From IMG/VR virus record IMGVR_UViG_3300038443_001477, positions 8,594 to 72,593 of that record: DNA of 64,000 nucleotides; one strand, written 5' to 3'. Below the pieces are notes generated by a model, which saw only the letters and a list, made by a program, of their open reading frames with translations, did no database searches and was not told where the DNA came from. The translations under genes were made by a program, and so were the position numbers. This stretch comes from a virus. Taxonomy: Duplodnaviria; Caudoviricetes. Shown piece by piece: positions 24,963-33,099 of this stretch (positions are counted from its first letter, which is position 1; each line of letters begins with the position of its first letter).

Positions 24963-26447
24963 TCAGTGGCGGGCATCCTGGGCTTGCCTGCCCAACTTCT
25001 CCCACACCCCCTGCGGGCCGCCCTTCTGGATCTGGCCGTCATGCCCGTAGCGCACGCTGTCCCAGGCGTGATTGTGTGCGTCGATGAGGATGGGTAGCAC
25101 AATGGGCTGCCCGTGCTCGTCGACCCGCTTGGGATCGGTCTTCCAGCGCCAGAGGTAGGCCTCTTTTGCCGTGGCTTGGCAGCGTGGGTGGATGCGGATC
25201 TCCTTGAAGCCCCGCAGATAGCGGATGCCGTCCTCCACGCTCCCCTGCCACTTCTCGGCCGGATAGGTGCGGAAGCCGCGCTTCTTCAGGTGCGCGATGG
25301 TGCCCGGAGCCGAGGCATCGCTGCCAATGGGCCAGTCGTGTACGCCGGGCACGCTCTCCAGGAATTCCGGCATGTCATCCAGCTCGACGCCGCTCCCGTA
25401 GGCCTCGTGACTGATGTAGAGGACCAGGTCATCCCTGCGCTTCTCCTCATTCCACTCCTCCAGCACAAAGGAGCGTGTGAGCGCCATGGGATCGGTGTTG
25501 CCGAAGTCGAGGCCATAGCGCAAGGTGGCCGGGCCACAGGGCTTGCCGCGGTAGCCGTCGCGGCGCAGCCAGATGTCGTCGTCGAAGTCGACGACCCTGT
25601 ACTTCCGGTTGAGCACGATGGCGTTACTAATGCGCTTCGGCGCCCCAAGCCAGACGTGCTCGTAGAGCTCGTAGTCGTATTCCTTGTCGAACTCCATCTC
25701 CTCCCGTAGCTCGTCGGAGAAGAAGGGGTTGGAGTCGTAATTGACTTTGTGGCAAATGATGCGCGAGGGGTCGCGCTGGGCTACTACAAAGCGCCTGTAG
25801 GTGGCGTCGTTCTCCTCGTTCATGTTGAACGAGATCCAGATCTCTGAGCCCGCCTTGCGGATGGTCGGAATTATCACGCGCCAGCTCGCCTCACTAATCG
25901 TGTGCGCTTCCTCCGCCCAGACTATGTCGATGCCCTCTACGGAGCGGATGTTGTCGATGTTGCCGAAGCAGCCCTTAAACGTGAACTCGCTCCCCACCTT
26001 GGAGCGAATCTCGTTCTTGGTAATCTCGAACCACGACTCCAGGCCGAGGCGCCGAATCGTGTCGGCGAGGACCTTGTGGCTGGAATCTTTGATGGAGTTC
26101 TGGTACTCGCGGAGGCAGAGAATGCGGAGCGGCACCGCCGCCGCTAACCTAATAAGCGCCTCCGCGATGGCCCAACTCTTCCCCGAGCCCCGGCCGCCCC
26201 AGTAGACCTTGTAGCGAGCCTTCTTATAGTAGAGGTCGGAGAAGACGTGATTCTTGTCCAGTACCAGCGAGGTGCCGACCGGAATCTCCGGCATGCGCTC
26301 CTCGTTATCACGCGAGGCGGAGCCCGCCTCCTCTACTAGCTGGAGCCTATGCTTCTTGATCCGGTTCCGTCTCGCTGCCTCCGCCAATAGCAAGGTCAAC
26401 GCCTGCTTCGGCGGCAGCGCTCTTAATGAGTTCGTTGAGATCGCCAT
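24963..26447 (-). CDS. terL: Terminase large subunit (PBSX-like)
   Basis: Walker A YWGGRGSGKS, Walker B IVWAEEA, nuclease GLDFG and HNHAWDSVRY motifs. Confidence 0.95.
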   Translation of the reverse strand: MAISTNSLRALPPKQALTLLLAEAARRNRIKKHRLQLVEEAGSASRDNEERMPEIPVGTSLVLDKNHVFSDLYYKKARYKVYWGGRGSGKSWAIAEALIRLAAAVPLRILCLREYQNSIKDSSHKVLADTIRRLGLESWFEITKNEIRSKVGSEFTFKGCFGNIDNIRSVEGIDIVWAEEAHTISEASWRVIIPTIRKAGSEIWISFNMNEENDATYRRFVVAQRDPSRIICHKVNYDSNPFFSDELREEMEFDKEYDYELYEHVWLGAPKRISNAIVLNRKYRVVDFDDDIWLRRDGYRGKPCGPATLRYGLDFGNTDPMALTRSFVLEEWNEEKRRDDLVLYISHEAYGSGVELDDMPEFLESVPGVHDWPIGSDASAPGTIAHLKKRGFRTYPAEKWQGSVEDGIRYLRGFKEIRIHPRCQATAKEAYLWRWKTDPKRVDEHGQPIVLPILIDAHNHAWDSVRYGHDGQIQKGGPQGVWEKLGRQAQDARH

Positions 26448-26805
26448 CGCTTACCCCACTGAGCAATTCCACCGTGGACATCTTCGGCGCGTAGTAAGGG
26501 GCCGCTGCCTTGGCGGCGTCCTTGGCCGTGTCGACGTCGATCTCCTGATAGGTCTCCACATGGTCGCCGGTGGGCAGCACCTTGACGATGCGCACCGGCT
26601 CCCCGCGTGCCATGGAGAGGAGGATCTCGTGTGGGAGTAAGCCGGTGCGGGCTGCTGCCTCCCGAGCCGCCTGACTCAACCTATTCAGGGAGCCCGGGGG
26701 GCGGCCTCCCTTGTTGCCGGGGTTGCCCTTGTTGAAGGCGCGGCCGTCTAGCCACGGAATGCGCTTCCGGCCGCCACCCTTGCCTTGAGAAACGGTGTTA
26801 TTCAT
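26347..26805 (-). CDS. terS: Terminase small subunit
   Basis: GNPGNKGGRPPGSLN and AAKAAAPYYAPKM motifs; upstream of terL. Confidence 0.75.
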   Translation of the reverse strand: MNNTVSQGKGGGRKRIPWLDGRAFNKGNPGNKGGRPPGSLNRLSQAAREAAARTGLLPHEILLSMARGEPVRIVKVLPTGDHVETYQEIDVDTAKDAAKAAAPYYAPKMSTVELLSGVSDGDLNELIKSAAAEAGVDLAIGGGSETEPDQEA

Positions 26806-26986
26806 CTCTTTGGTCTTCCTATCTGTGTAGGAGGTCTCGCAGTTGCCAGATAAGGGCTCAGCCGCGTACTAAGCTCTTACCTGGGTACTAAGAATTAACC
26901 TATTTAGGCCTGGGCCCGGCCTCCTGGCACCCCTAAACCCGGCTGGAACCCACGCCAGTGCTAGGTTTAGGGGTGGCCTGCTGCGC

Positions 26987-27217
26987 TCAGCGGCTCCTTG
27001 TTAGGCCCGGCCTGCCCGGGAGCGTGCGCCGCGGTTGCTCGCCTGCCGCCCCTGGTGCCCGCTTGGTAATGGAGAGGGGGCCGGTGAGGTCGCCACCCTG
27101 CCCACACGAGGCGACGTTGCAGCGCCAGCGTGGACTCTGGCCCATGAGCTGGTACTCAGCGGGCCAGAGGTCATTACATCCGGGACAGTTGGCTCCCGGT
27201 GCCTTCTGCCTGTCCAA
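26987..27217 (-). CDS. Small zinc-ribbon-like protein
   Basis: CPGC and RCNVASC Cys pairs; TTG start. Confidence 0.35.
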   Translation of the reverse strand: MDRQKAPGANCPGCNDLWPAEYQLMGQSPRWRCNVASCGQGGDLTGPLSITKRAPGAAGEQPRRTLPGRPGLTRSR

Positions 27218-27234
27218 GGCCGCCCACCCTTAGG

Positions 27235-27540
27235 TTAGGGTTGCGTGGCCGGGAGCTGGGCGGGCGCGTGATAGACGCGGACGCTGTGGGTGGCGCCGGA
27301 GCAAAACGTCATGGCGCCCGCGCTCCACTGGCCGGTCAGGTGGCCGTAACACTCCACCACGACCTCCTGGTCGGGGGCGGGCTCGTCGACGGCTGCCACG
27401 TGTGCGTCGATGCTGGCGAGGGCAGCCCCGGCGTCGCGGGCGTGTTCCGGCATCTGCGCGAATTGCGTGGCGAGGGCGGCCTTGGCGCGCTGGGCGGCCT
27501 CGTGCTTGCTCTTGCCGCGTTGGGTGGTGCTGTAGCTCAT
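27235..27540 (-). CDS. Hypothetical protein
   Basis: 101 aa, GGAG RBS, strongly biased codons. Confidence 0.65.
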   Translation of the reverse strand: MSYSTTQRGKSKHEAAQRAKAALATQFAQMPEHARDAGAALASIDAHVAAVDEPAPDQEVVVECYGHLTGQWSAGAMTFCSGATHSVRVYHAPAQLPATQP

Positions 27541-27627
27541 GTGGGCGTTCTCCGATTAGGTTAGCTGGGTGGAAAAGAAAACGCCCTCCCCGGCCTAACC
27601 TAAAAGCCATGGGGAGGGCGTCACGAC

Positions 27628-27655
27628 AAAAAGAAGCGGCCCCCGAAGGAGCCGC
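27628..27655 (-). terminator. Intrinsic terminator with UUCG loop
   Basis: GCGGCUCC-UUCG-GGGGCCGC followed by UUCUUUUU. Confidence 0.8.
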
Positions 27656-27660
27656 CTAAG

Positions 27661-27825
27661 CCTAGTAGCTGGAGGGATCGAACCTCACCCCAGGGATTCC
27701 GGGCAGCCCCACAGAGGATGGGTAAACAGAAGCCGCCCGGCTCCCCTGGTCCGCCTCGCGTACTGCCCCGCTGCTCTCTTGCTGATGTTGAGAGGCCAGC
27801 TTCCGACGCCGACTAGGTGGCCCCA
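27661..27825 (-). ncRNA. Candidate structured RNA with a tRNA-like T-arm
   Basis: The 3' end reads GAGG-UUCGAUC-CCUC then AGCUACUAGG; 5' CCUAGU can pair with 3' ACUAGG. Flanked by a weak TTGCCT-N18-GAAAAT promoter and the UUCG terminator. Confidence 0.35.
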
Positions 27826-27890
27826 TTTTCGGGGAGTCGGCTGTAGATAGGCAAGTGCCTTACTGGGCCGTTTAGGGAGGCCCCTCTAGG

Positions 27891-28205
27891 TTACCTCCGC
27901 CTTTGGAGGGAGAGCCGGGCAAGTTGCGCGTGTAGCGCTGAGGCGCGGCGAGCGTTTTGCGTGTACTCGTGGCTCGCCCGGTTCAGCTTCCTCTCAGGTA
28001 ACCTAAGTGGCTGCGCCTGGTCGACACATTCGTCACGCCATACCTGGAGGGGCCGAGAAGGGGCTTTCCCGGGCTCCTGGTGCTCGATCATCAGCGGAAG
28101 GCCCTCAGCATCGGCCAAGGCCTTCAAACGCTCCAAGAGGCGCCATGTCCGGGCGCGGGTAATGGGGCTAATGAAGAGGATCTTGTATGGCTTGCTCGCG
28201 GTCAT
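27891..28205 (-). CDS. Hypothetical protein
   Basis: 104 aa, ATGA-coupled to the upstream gene. Confidence 0.5.
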   Translation of the reverse strand: MTASKPYKILFISPITRARTWRLLERLKALADAEGLPLMIEHQEPGKAPSRPLQVWRDECVDQAQPLRLPERKLNRASHEYTQNARRASALHAQLARLSLQRRR

Positions 28206-28762
28206 TGCTCAGCCTTCGCCAGGGCGTCCCACATCCTCAGCCCAGCCAGCCGGGCGAGGTCCATCACATCAACCGGGCCGAGCTGCGCGGCCTTCGGATT
28301 GCCCTGGGCTCTGCGGGCCAGCCACGCGATTGTCAGGCCCGTGTGATCCTCGCCGAGGAGGATAACCCCGCTCGCCTTCGGGAGCTTAGGCTCCAGGCTC
28401 TCACGCCCTTTGCGCCAGATGTCGGCCGGCATCGCGTAGTAATGCTTCCAGACCTTCGGCGGCCATTCGCGCATGCGCTGGTGCTTCCAGTCACCGGTCT
28501 TCATGTCCCAGGCCCTACGCTCCCACCACTTATCCTTCTTCGGATCGGCGAGGAGGTCGGCGCGGCTGATCTTGATCTCGATGTCAATCAGCCGCAGGCT
28601 CGGCTGGTGAATCGCCAGGAGGTCGGCTTCGTGGCCTGCCCAGTGGCATCGCGGCACGATGACGATCTTCCGCTGGAAGAGCTGGCTGTGCACCAAGGCC
28701 CTGCCGATGCGAGCCTCACTCCAGGGCAGCGCCTCGGCCTCCACAAGCGGGAGTCGCCTCAT
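28202..28762 (-). CDS. PD-(D/E)xK nuclease-like protein (MmcB-like)
   Basis: EADLLAI...IDIEIKISRADLLAD-x-KK-x-KW motif. Confidence 0.55.
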   Translation of the reverse strand: MRRLPLVEAEALPWSEARIGRALVHSQLFQRKIVIVPRCHWAGHEADLLAIHQPSLRLIDIEIKISRADLLADPKKDKWWERRAWDMKTGDWKHQRMREWPPKVWKHYYAMPADIWRKGRESLEPKLPKASGVILLGEDHTGLTIAWLARRAQGNPKAAQLGPVDVMDLARLAGLRMWDALAKAEQ

Positions 28763-28998
28763 CGCAGGGGCCTCAGCGTCCCCAGCATCAGCCGGCGCTG
28801 ATAACGCGTCTTGCTCTGGATGATGGCGTGGCCCGGGGCGAGATGCCTGTCATAGTGGAAGCCCTGGAAATCCTCGTAGCGAGTGTCGAGGATGCGGAGC
28901 CACACCTCCTCCACGGTGTTCGTGCCGTCGTGGCCGTGCGACACCATGCAGGCATGCGTCCACCGCGGCGCATCCTCCACCAGGGGCAGCCGCCTCAC
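28759..28998 (-). CDS. Hypothetical protein
   Basis: GTG start at 28998 overlaps the upstream stop (GTGA); 79 aa. Confidence 0.5.
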   Translation of the reverse strand: MRRLPLVEDAPRWTHACMVSHGHDGTNTVEEVWLRILDTRYEDFQGFHYDRHLAPGHAIIQSKTRYQRRLMLGTLRPLR

Positions 28999-29237
28999 TT
29001 CCGCGCCTCCCGGGCCCAGGCCCGATGGTTCCGGATGTAGCAGAGCGTGACCATGATGTTCATCGGCAGGAAGCCGACATTGCGGCTCCAGTCGTTGGCA
29101 ATCCAAAGCAACCAGAAGATCTGGCCCCCAAGGCTGAAGGCCCAGGCCTTCGGCCACTTGCGGCCCTGGAGCTCGATAGCCACGATTGTGATCGCACTCA
29201 TGAGCCAGGGCAGGTACGTCGCGATGATGTGGCGCAT
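28995..29237 (-). CDS. Small 3-TM membrane protein (PnuC/SemiSWEET-like topology)
   Basis: MRHIIATYLPWLMSAITIVAIELQGRKWPKAWAFSLGGQIFWLLW...GFLPMNIM; GAGGAG RBS. Confidence 0.5.
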   Translation of the reverse strand: MRHIIATYLPWLMSAITIVAIELQGRKWPKAWAFSLGGQIFWLLWIANDWSRNVGFLPMNIMVTLCYIRNHRAWAREARK

Positions 29238-29905
29238 CGGCCCCTCCTCGGATTGGAGTTCAGCGCCCGCCTGCGTGCGTCTGCGAGCTTTAGCGCCTGT
29301 TCCCGCGCTGCTTCCTCGGAGCCCCTCGCTCCTATTGTGGGGTGATGGCGAGGCCGTGCACTCCTCGATTCCGCTGGCCCCGTGTGCAGCCCGGGTCCTC
29401 TCAACGGCACTCTCCAGAGGTCGTTCCGATCCCACTCTTGGCCTCGTCGCCCGCAGGCGGCTCGTCACCCCGCCTACTTGCTGGTCGCTGACGCCAGCCC
29501 CAGGGAATCGCCGAAGTCCAGGCCTCGCCATCGGGGAAGAGAGCAGCTCTGGGGCTCTGGGACTGGCTCTATGTGTTCCCTGCCCGCGAGCGCTGCTCTC
29601 TTCCCCCATGGCCCCTCCTTGCGGAGGGAAAGGGGCCGGCGTGTTCTGAGCCTCTGTCGCCGGCCCCGCCCCGTTTCTTTTTCGCGGAGGGCATCCTCCG
29701 CCACCTAGCTATACCCCCAGCCTAGAAAACGATCCCTCCCACGCCAAAGCCGACGGCTCTCATCGGCGCGGGAGGGGCTAGTCTGAAAGAGCCAAGGGAC
29801 CACCGCGCTCGGCCCCAGGGGCTCGCGGATACCCGGAGACAAAGGCCCGCGAGCCGGTCTCCATTCGCCCTATTCCAGGCCGTTAGCAAGCCGGGGAATC
29901 CAATG

Positions 29906-29927
29906 AAAAAGCCCGCTCTGGGCGGGC
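29906..29927 (-). terminator. Intrinsic terminator after the 30017-30772 gene
   Basis: GCCCGC-CCAGA-GCGGGC followed by UUUUU. Confidence 0.65.
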
Positions 29928-30016
29928 CTTCTTGAGCGGAGGTGCAGTTCTCACCTCTAGCTAATGCGACCGGATAATAGGTGAAAAATACGGAGGTTTG
30001 CAACTCCAGCCAAAAT

Positions 30017-30772
30017 TTAGAGGTGGTGGCCGGTGATTCCGGCAGCGTCGAAGATGGTGGAGACCTCCTCCCACGCCTGGAGTTCGCAGGCCTCCAGGTA
30101 TTCCATGATCCAGCCCCGGTGCTTGGCGGCGGTGGTCAGGTTCACCCCCGCCTCGGCCGCCATCTCGGTGAGCGTGCGACTGTCCTTGGTGAAGAATTGC
30201 TCCACGATGCGGCGGCGCAGCAAGGGCTGGGAGCTGAGGCCCTTCTTCCCAGGCACCTTCAGCACATCGGCGCGGAGCTGGATGATCGCGCACATGTCCC
30301 CGAGGGCATTCAGCCAGCGCTCCGTCGGCCGGCGCCCGGAGCAGCAAAGGGTGCGGCAGGAGCAGGGCTTGTAGGCGGTGGTACAGAGCCCCGCGAGCAC
30401 GGCCTGGTGCTCGATGTCGAGGCGGCCAAAGTGGTAGAGGATGATGCCGGCCTGGTGGTGCTTCTCCAGGCCATCGCGCCATCGCAGCGCGTAGGGGCGT
30501 ACAAGGCTCCCTCCCCTCTTCTCCTTAAGCCGGGCCTGCTCCATCTCCAGGAGCTGCTCCGGGGTCTCCGCGCCCGGGATCGCCATGCCCAGGATCTCCG
30601 CTTCGCTCTTGCGCTTCTTGCGGGGCTTCTTCATCTCCACGCGAATCGAGGCCATGGCCTTATTCATGAAGGCGGTGGGCGTGGTGACTTGATCGGCGTT
30701 GAGCGCAAAGGAAAGCGCCTTCCGGCAGTCGTCGAAAGGCGCTAGGTCTTCGGGGGCTGGGGCATTGCTCAT
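30017..30772 (-). CDS. Putative late transcription regulator (Q-like) with C-terminal HTH
   Basis: FDDCRKALSFALN start, CSC-x-x-CCSG Cys cluster and RTLTEMAAEAGVNLTTAAKH HTH; upstream of the late operon. Confidence 0.45.
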   Translation of the reverse strand: MSNAPAPEDLAPFDDCRKALSFALNADQVTTPTAFMNKAMASIRVEMKKPRKKRKSEAEILGMAIPGAETPEQLLEMEQARLKEKRGGSLVRPYALRWRDGLEKHHQAGIILYHFGRLDIEHQAVLAGLCTTAYKPCSCRTLCCSGRRPTERWLNALGDMCAIIQLRADVLKVPGKKGLSSQPLLRRRIVEQFFTKDSRTLTEMAAEAGVNLTTAAKHRGWIMEYLEACELQAWEEVSTIFDAAGITGHHL

Positions 30773-30788
30773 GCCCCGAGCTATACGG

Positions 30789-31598
30789 CTACATGCTCGC
30801 GTGCTGCTCGGTGCTCAGCTTGGCCCCGCGAAGGCCTTGCAGGACGGCCGCAAGATCTGGGGCGCGGTAGTGGCTCCCCTTGATCCACTTGCCGTCCGGC
30901 GTCTTGTCGATGCGCCCCGTGCTCGGATTGGCCTTGCTCAGATTGGAGCCCCCGACCTCCTCGTAGCCCTCGGAGCCGGGGAGGCCGGAAGCGAGCGTGA
31001 AGCCGCAATTGACGACCGCGGTGTCTGTGGTGCCGTCGAGAATCTCAACTGCCTCCTCCATCTTCAGCTCGTACATGAACTCGCGCAGCTTGGCGAGCTC
31101 GGCGCGCAGCCCCACCGACTCGTTGGTCATCGTGAAGGCAAGGATGCGCAGGCGGCCGCGTATCGTCTTAATGGCGATTACCTCCTCAGGTGAGAAGCTG
31201 GCGCCGCCCTCGTTAATGAGGCTCAGGAGGCGATCCAGGGGCTTCAACATGGCAGCATAGGTCTCGGCCACTTCCTCAGCGGTCAGCGCCAAGTATGTGA
31301 GGCTGTGCTTGGTCATCATGGGATGCTCGGGCAGGAATTGATCCGAGATCTGCATCAGGTGCTTTTGCATCGCCCAGGGATCGACCGCGGCCGGCGTGAT
31401 GCGGCTGTCGATGTCGAGCGGATCTTTGGCGCAATCCATGCGGGCCAGATAGAGCGTGCCCAGGAGGAGCGAGGCTACGACCAGGGCACAGAGCGTCGCC
31501 GGGAGGTAACGCCCGGGCACATAGACGATGGCACCGCTCACGGAGAAGAGGATGGCGCAGACCCAGACGCCGTACCAGCGCATGTCGAACTTGACCAC
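30789..31598 (-). CDS. MazG/PRA-PH-like all-alpha NTP pyrophosphohydrolase with N-terminal TM segments
   Basis: LTAEEVAET, EILDGTTDTAVV and EVGGSNLSK...DGKWIKGSHYRAPDL motifs; two hydrophobic N-terminal helices. Confidence 0.7.
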   Translation of the reverse strand: MVKFDMRWYGVWVCAILFSVSGAIVYVPGRYLPATLCALVVASLLLGTLYLARMDCAKDPLDIDSRITPAAVDPWAMQKHLMQISDQFLPEHPMMTKHSLTYLALTAEEVAETYAAMLKPLDRLLSLINEGGASFSPEEVIAIKTIRGRLRILAFTMTNESVGLRAELAKLREFMYELKMEEAVEILDGTTDTAVVNCGFTLASGLPGSEGYEEVGGSNLSKANPSTGRIDKTPDGKWIKGSHYRAPDLAAVLQGLRGAKLSTEQHASM

Positions 31599-31610
31599 TT
31601 TACTTCTCCT

Positions 31611-32150
31611 TCACGCGTTGGGTTGGTGGGCGAGCAGCCTCGCTACGCTGCTCTGGGAGTCGCCACCCATCTCGATGTGCTCGGTGAGATAGGCGGGCTC
31701 CTTGGTGTAGATGGCGGAGTTGGCGCCGTGCTCGCGCACCTCCACGCTCACGAGGCGACAGCGCGGGGAATAGCCGTTGTCGCTCAGCCAGACCTCGGCG
31801 GCCTCGTAGATCATCTCGGCGAACTTCTCGCAGCCACACGCCGGCACCACCACCACGTCAGCGGCGCCGAGCGCGGCCAGCGCCATCATCTCCTGGAGAG
31901 CGGGGTCATCCTCGGCGACGAGGAGCTTGTGGTCGAAGGTGTCCTGCAACCAGCCCTTAAGGCTCTTCAGCGAGCCGAAGTCGACGACCCAGTTGCGAGT
32001 GTCGAGGGCCAGCGCCTCGAACTTGAAACTGACGGCCAGCGCGTAGCCGTGCAGGAACTTGCAGTGGCTCTGTGCCCGCCACTGGCGGAAGCAGCAGCTC
32101 AAGCCGATGTCGTGGCCGTAGCTCTTGGTGGATTGGTAGCGGGGTACCAT
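31611..32150 (-). CDS. queD: 6-carboxy-5,6,7,8-tetrahydropterin synthase
   Basis: Start MVPRYQSTK at 32150; SCCFRQWRAQSHCKFLHGY, WVVDFG, FDHKLL and EVREHGANSA motifs. Confidence 0.88.
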   Translation of the reverse strand: MVPRYQSTKSYGHDIGLSCCFRQWRAQSHCKFLHGYALAVSFKFEALALDTRNWVVDFGSLKSLKGWLQDTFDHKLLVAEDDPALQEMMALAALGAADVVVVPACGCEKFAEMIYEAAEVWLSDNGYSPRCRLVSVEVREHGANSAIYTKEPAYLTEHIEMGGDSQSSVARLLAHQPNA

Positions 32151-32163
32151 GGGGCTCCTCGAT

Positions 32164-32190
32164 AAAAGAAAGGGGCGCGAAGCGCGCCCC
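32164..32190 (-). terminator. Terminator-like hairpin in the queD leader
   Basis: GGGGCGC-GCUUC-GCGCCCC followed by UUUCUUUU. Confidence 0.6.
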
Positions 32191-32217
32191 AGAGCTATAC
32201 CGAGGAGGAGGCCACTC

Positions 32218-32808
32218 TTACGTCGTCGGGGGCTTTTGTGGGAAGGCTTGGGCATCACTCCCCTCCACGCCATCCTTGCCCCCGCCGCCTGAAATTCGCT
32301 GCCAGCCCAACTCCTCCAACAAGCGAGCCTGCTGATCCCAGGTCAAGCCATAGCGGAAGAGGGCATCCGCCAAGGCCGGGAGCATGAGGGGATTGTCCTT
32401 GCCCGCCTTCATGTACGCGGCGAGGGCCTGGGCCGCGGTCAGCGTGCCGGCTTGGCTATTGTGGGTGATTCTGTGCGGCCAGCGGAAGCGGTGCTCGCCA
32501 CCCGCCGGAGGCTTGAGGGGCTGCGTCGCGGTGCTGCCCGCGAGGCGGAGGCTGTAATCCTTTCCGAGGGGCGCCCCACCACCAGTGGCGGTCTTCATGA
32601 AGCACTCCCGCACCTCGGCCAGCGTCGCGGCGTGAAAGACGGCGTCCAGGCTCCCCAGTGCGTACTTGCACTCGAAGAGCCCAGCGTTTCGCGTCAGCGT
32701 GAGCTCCACGCCTACAGCCTTCGCGGAAGCGCAGAGGTCGAGCCACTCCTGCACGATCTCGCTCTCGCTGCGCTGGTCACACATCGGCCCATTTACACAG
32801 CCATTCAT
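32218..32808 (-). CDS. Hypothetical protein
   Basis: Start MNGCVNG at 32808, coupled to the upstream stop. Confidence 0.5.
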   Translation of the reverse strand: MNGCVNGPMCDQRSESEIVQEWLDLCASAKAVGVELTLTRNAGLFECKYALGSLDAVFHAATLAEVRECFMKTATGGGAPLGKDYSLRLAGSTATQPLKPPAGGEHRFRWPHRITHNSQAGTLTAAQALAAYMKAGKDNPLMLPALADALFRYGLTWDQQARLLEELGWQRISGGGGKDGVEGSDAQAFPQKPPTT

Positions 32809-33095
32809 GCTTGCTTCTCCTTCTTGCGTTGCAGTTCTTGAGTGGCGCCGCGCGCCTTGGCGTCGATGGGAAAGCCGTTGTAGGTGCTGCCAGGAGCGTC
32901 CGCCCAGCCGTCGCTCTGGCACTTGGCGTTGACCATCTGGGCCAACCCCTGCGTGAGCTCCGCGACAAAGCTCCTGAAGAGGGCATTCCAGAAGGCAAGC
33001 GTAAAGAGCGCGGCGAGAACCGCGCCCACGACCATGCCCACCCCGAACGCCAGCAGCAGATGTGTGGTGGTGAAGAAGGGGCTCGTGATCTCCAT
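32805..33095 (-). CDS. Hypothetical single-TM protein
   Basis: Hydrophobic N-terminal half; co-oriented cluster. Confidence 0.5.
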   Translation of the reverse strand: MEITSPFFTTTHLLLAFGVGMVVGAVLAALFTLAFWNALFRSFVAELTQGLAQMVNAKCQSDGWADAPGSTYNGFPIDAKARGATQELQRKKEKQA

Positions 33096-33099
33096 GGCT

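Noticed and set aside
27661-27825. Canonical tRNA or tmRNA gene
   Set aside because: Only the T-arm fits; there is no 7-bp acceptor stem, CCA end, D/anticodon arms or tag ORF. Kept only as a tRNA-like candidate.
29240-32210. preQ1 riboswitch upstream of the PnuC-like gene or queD
   Set aside because: No preQ1-I type AGAGGUUCUAG...A-rich tail signature could be seen.
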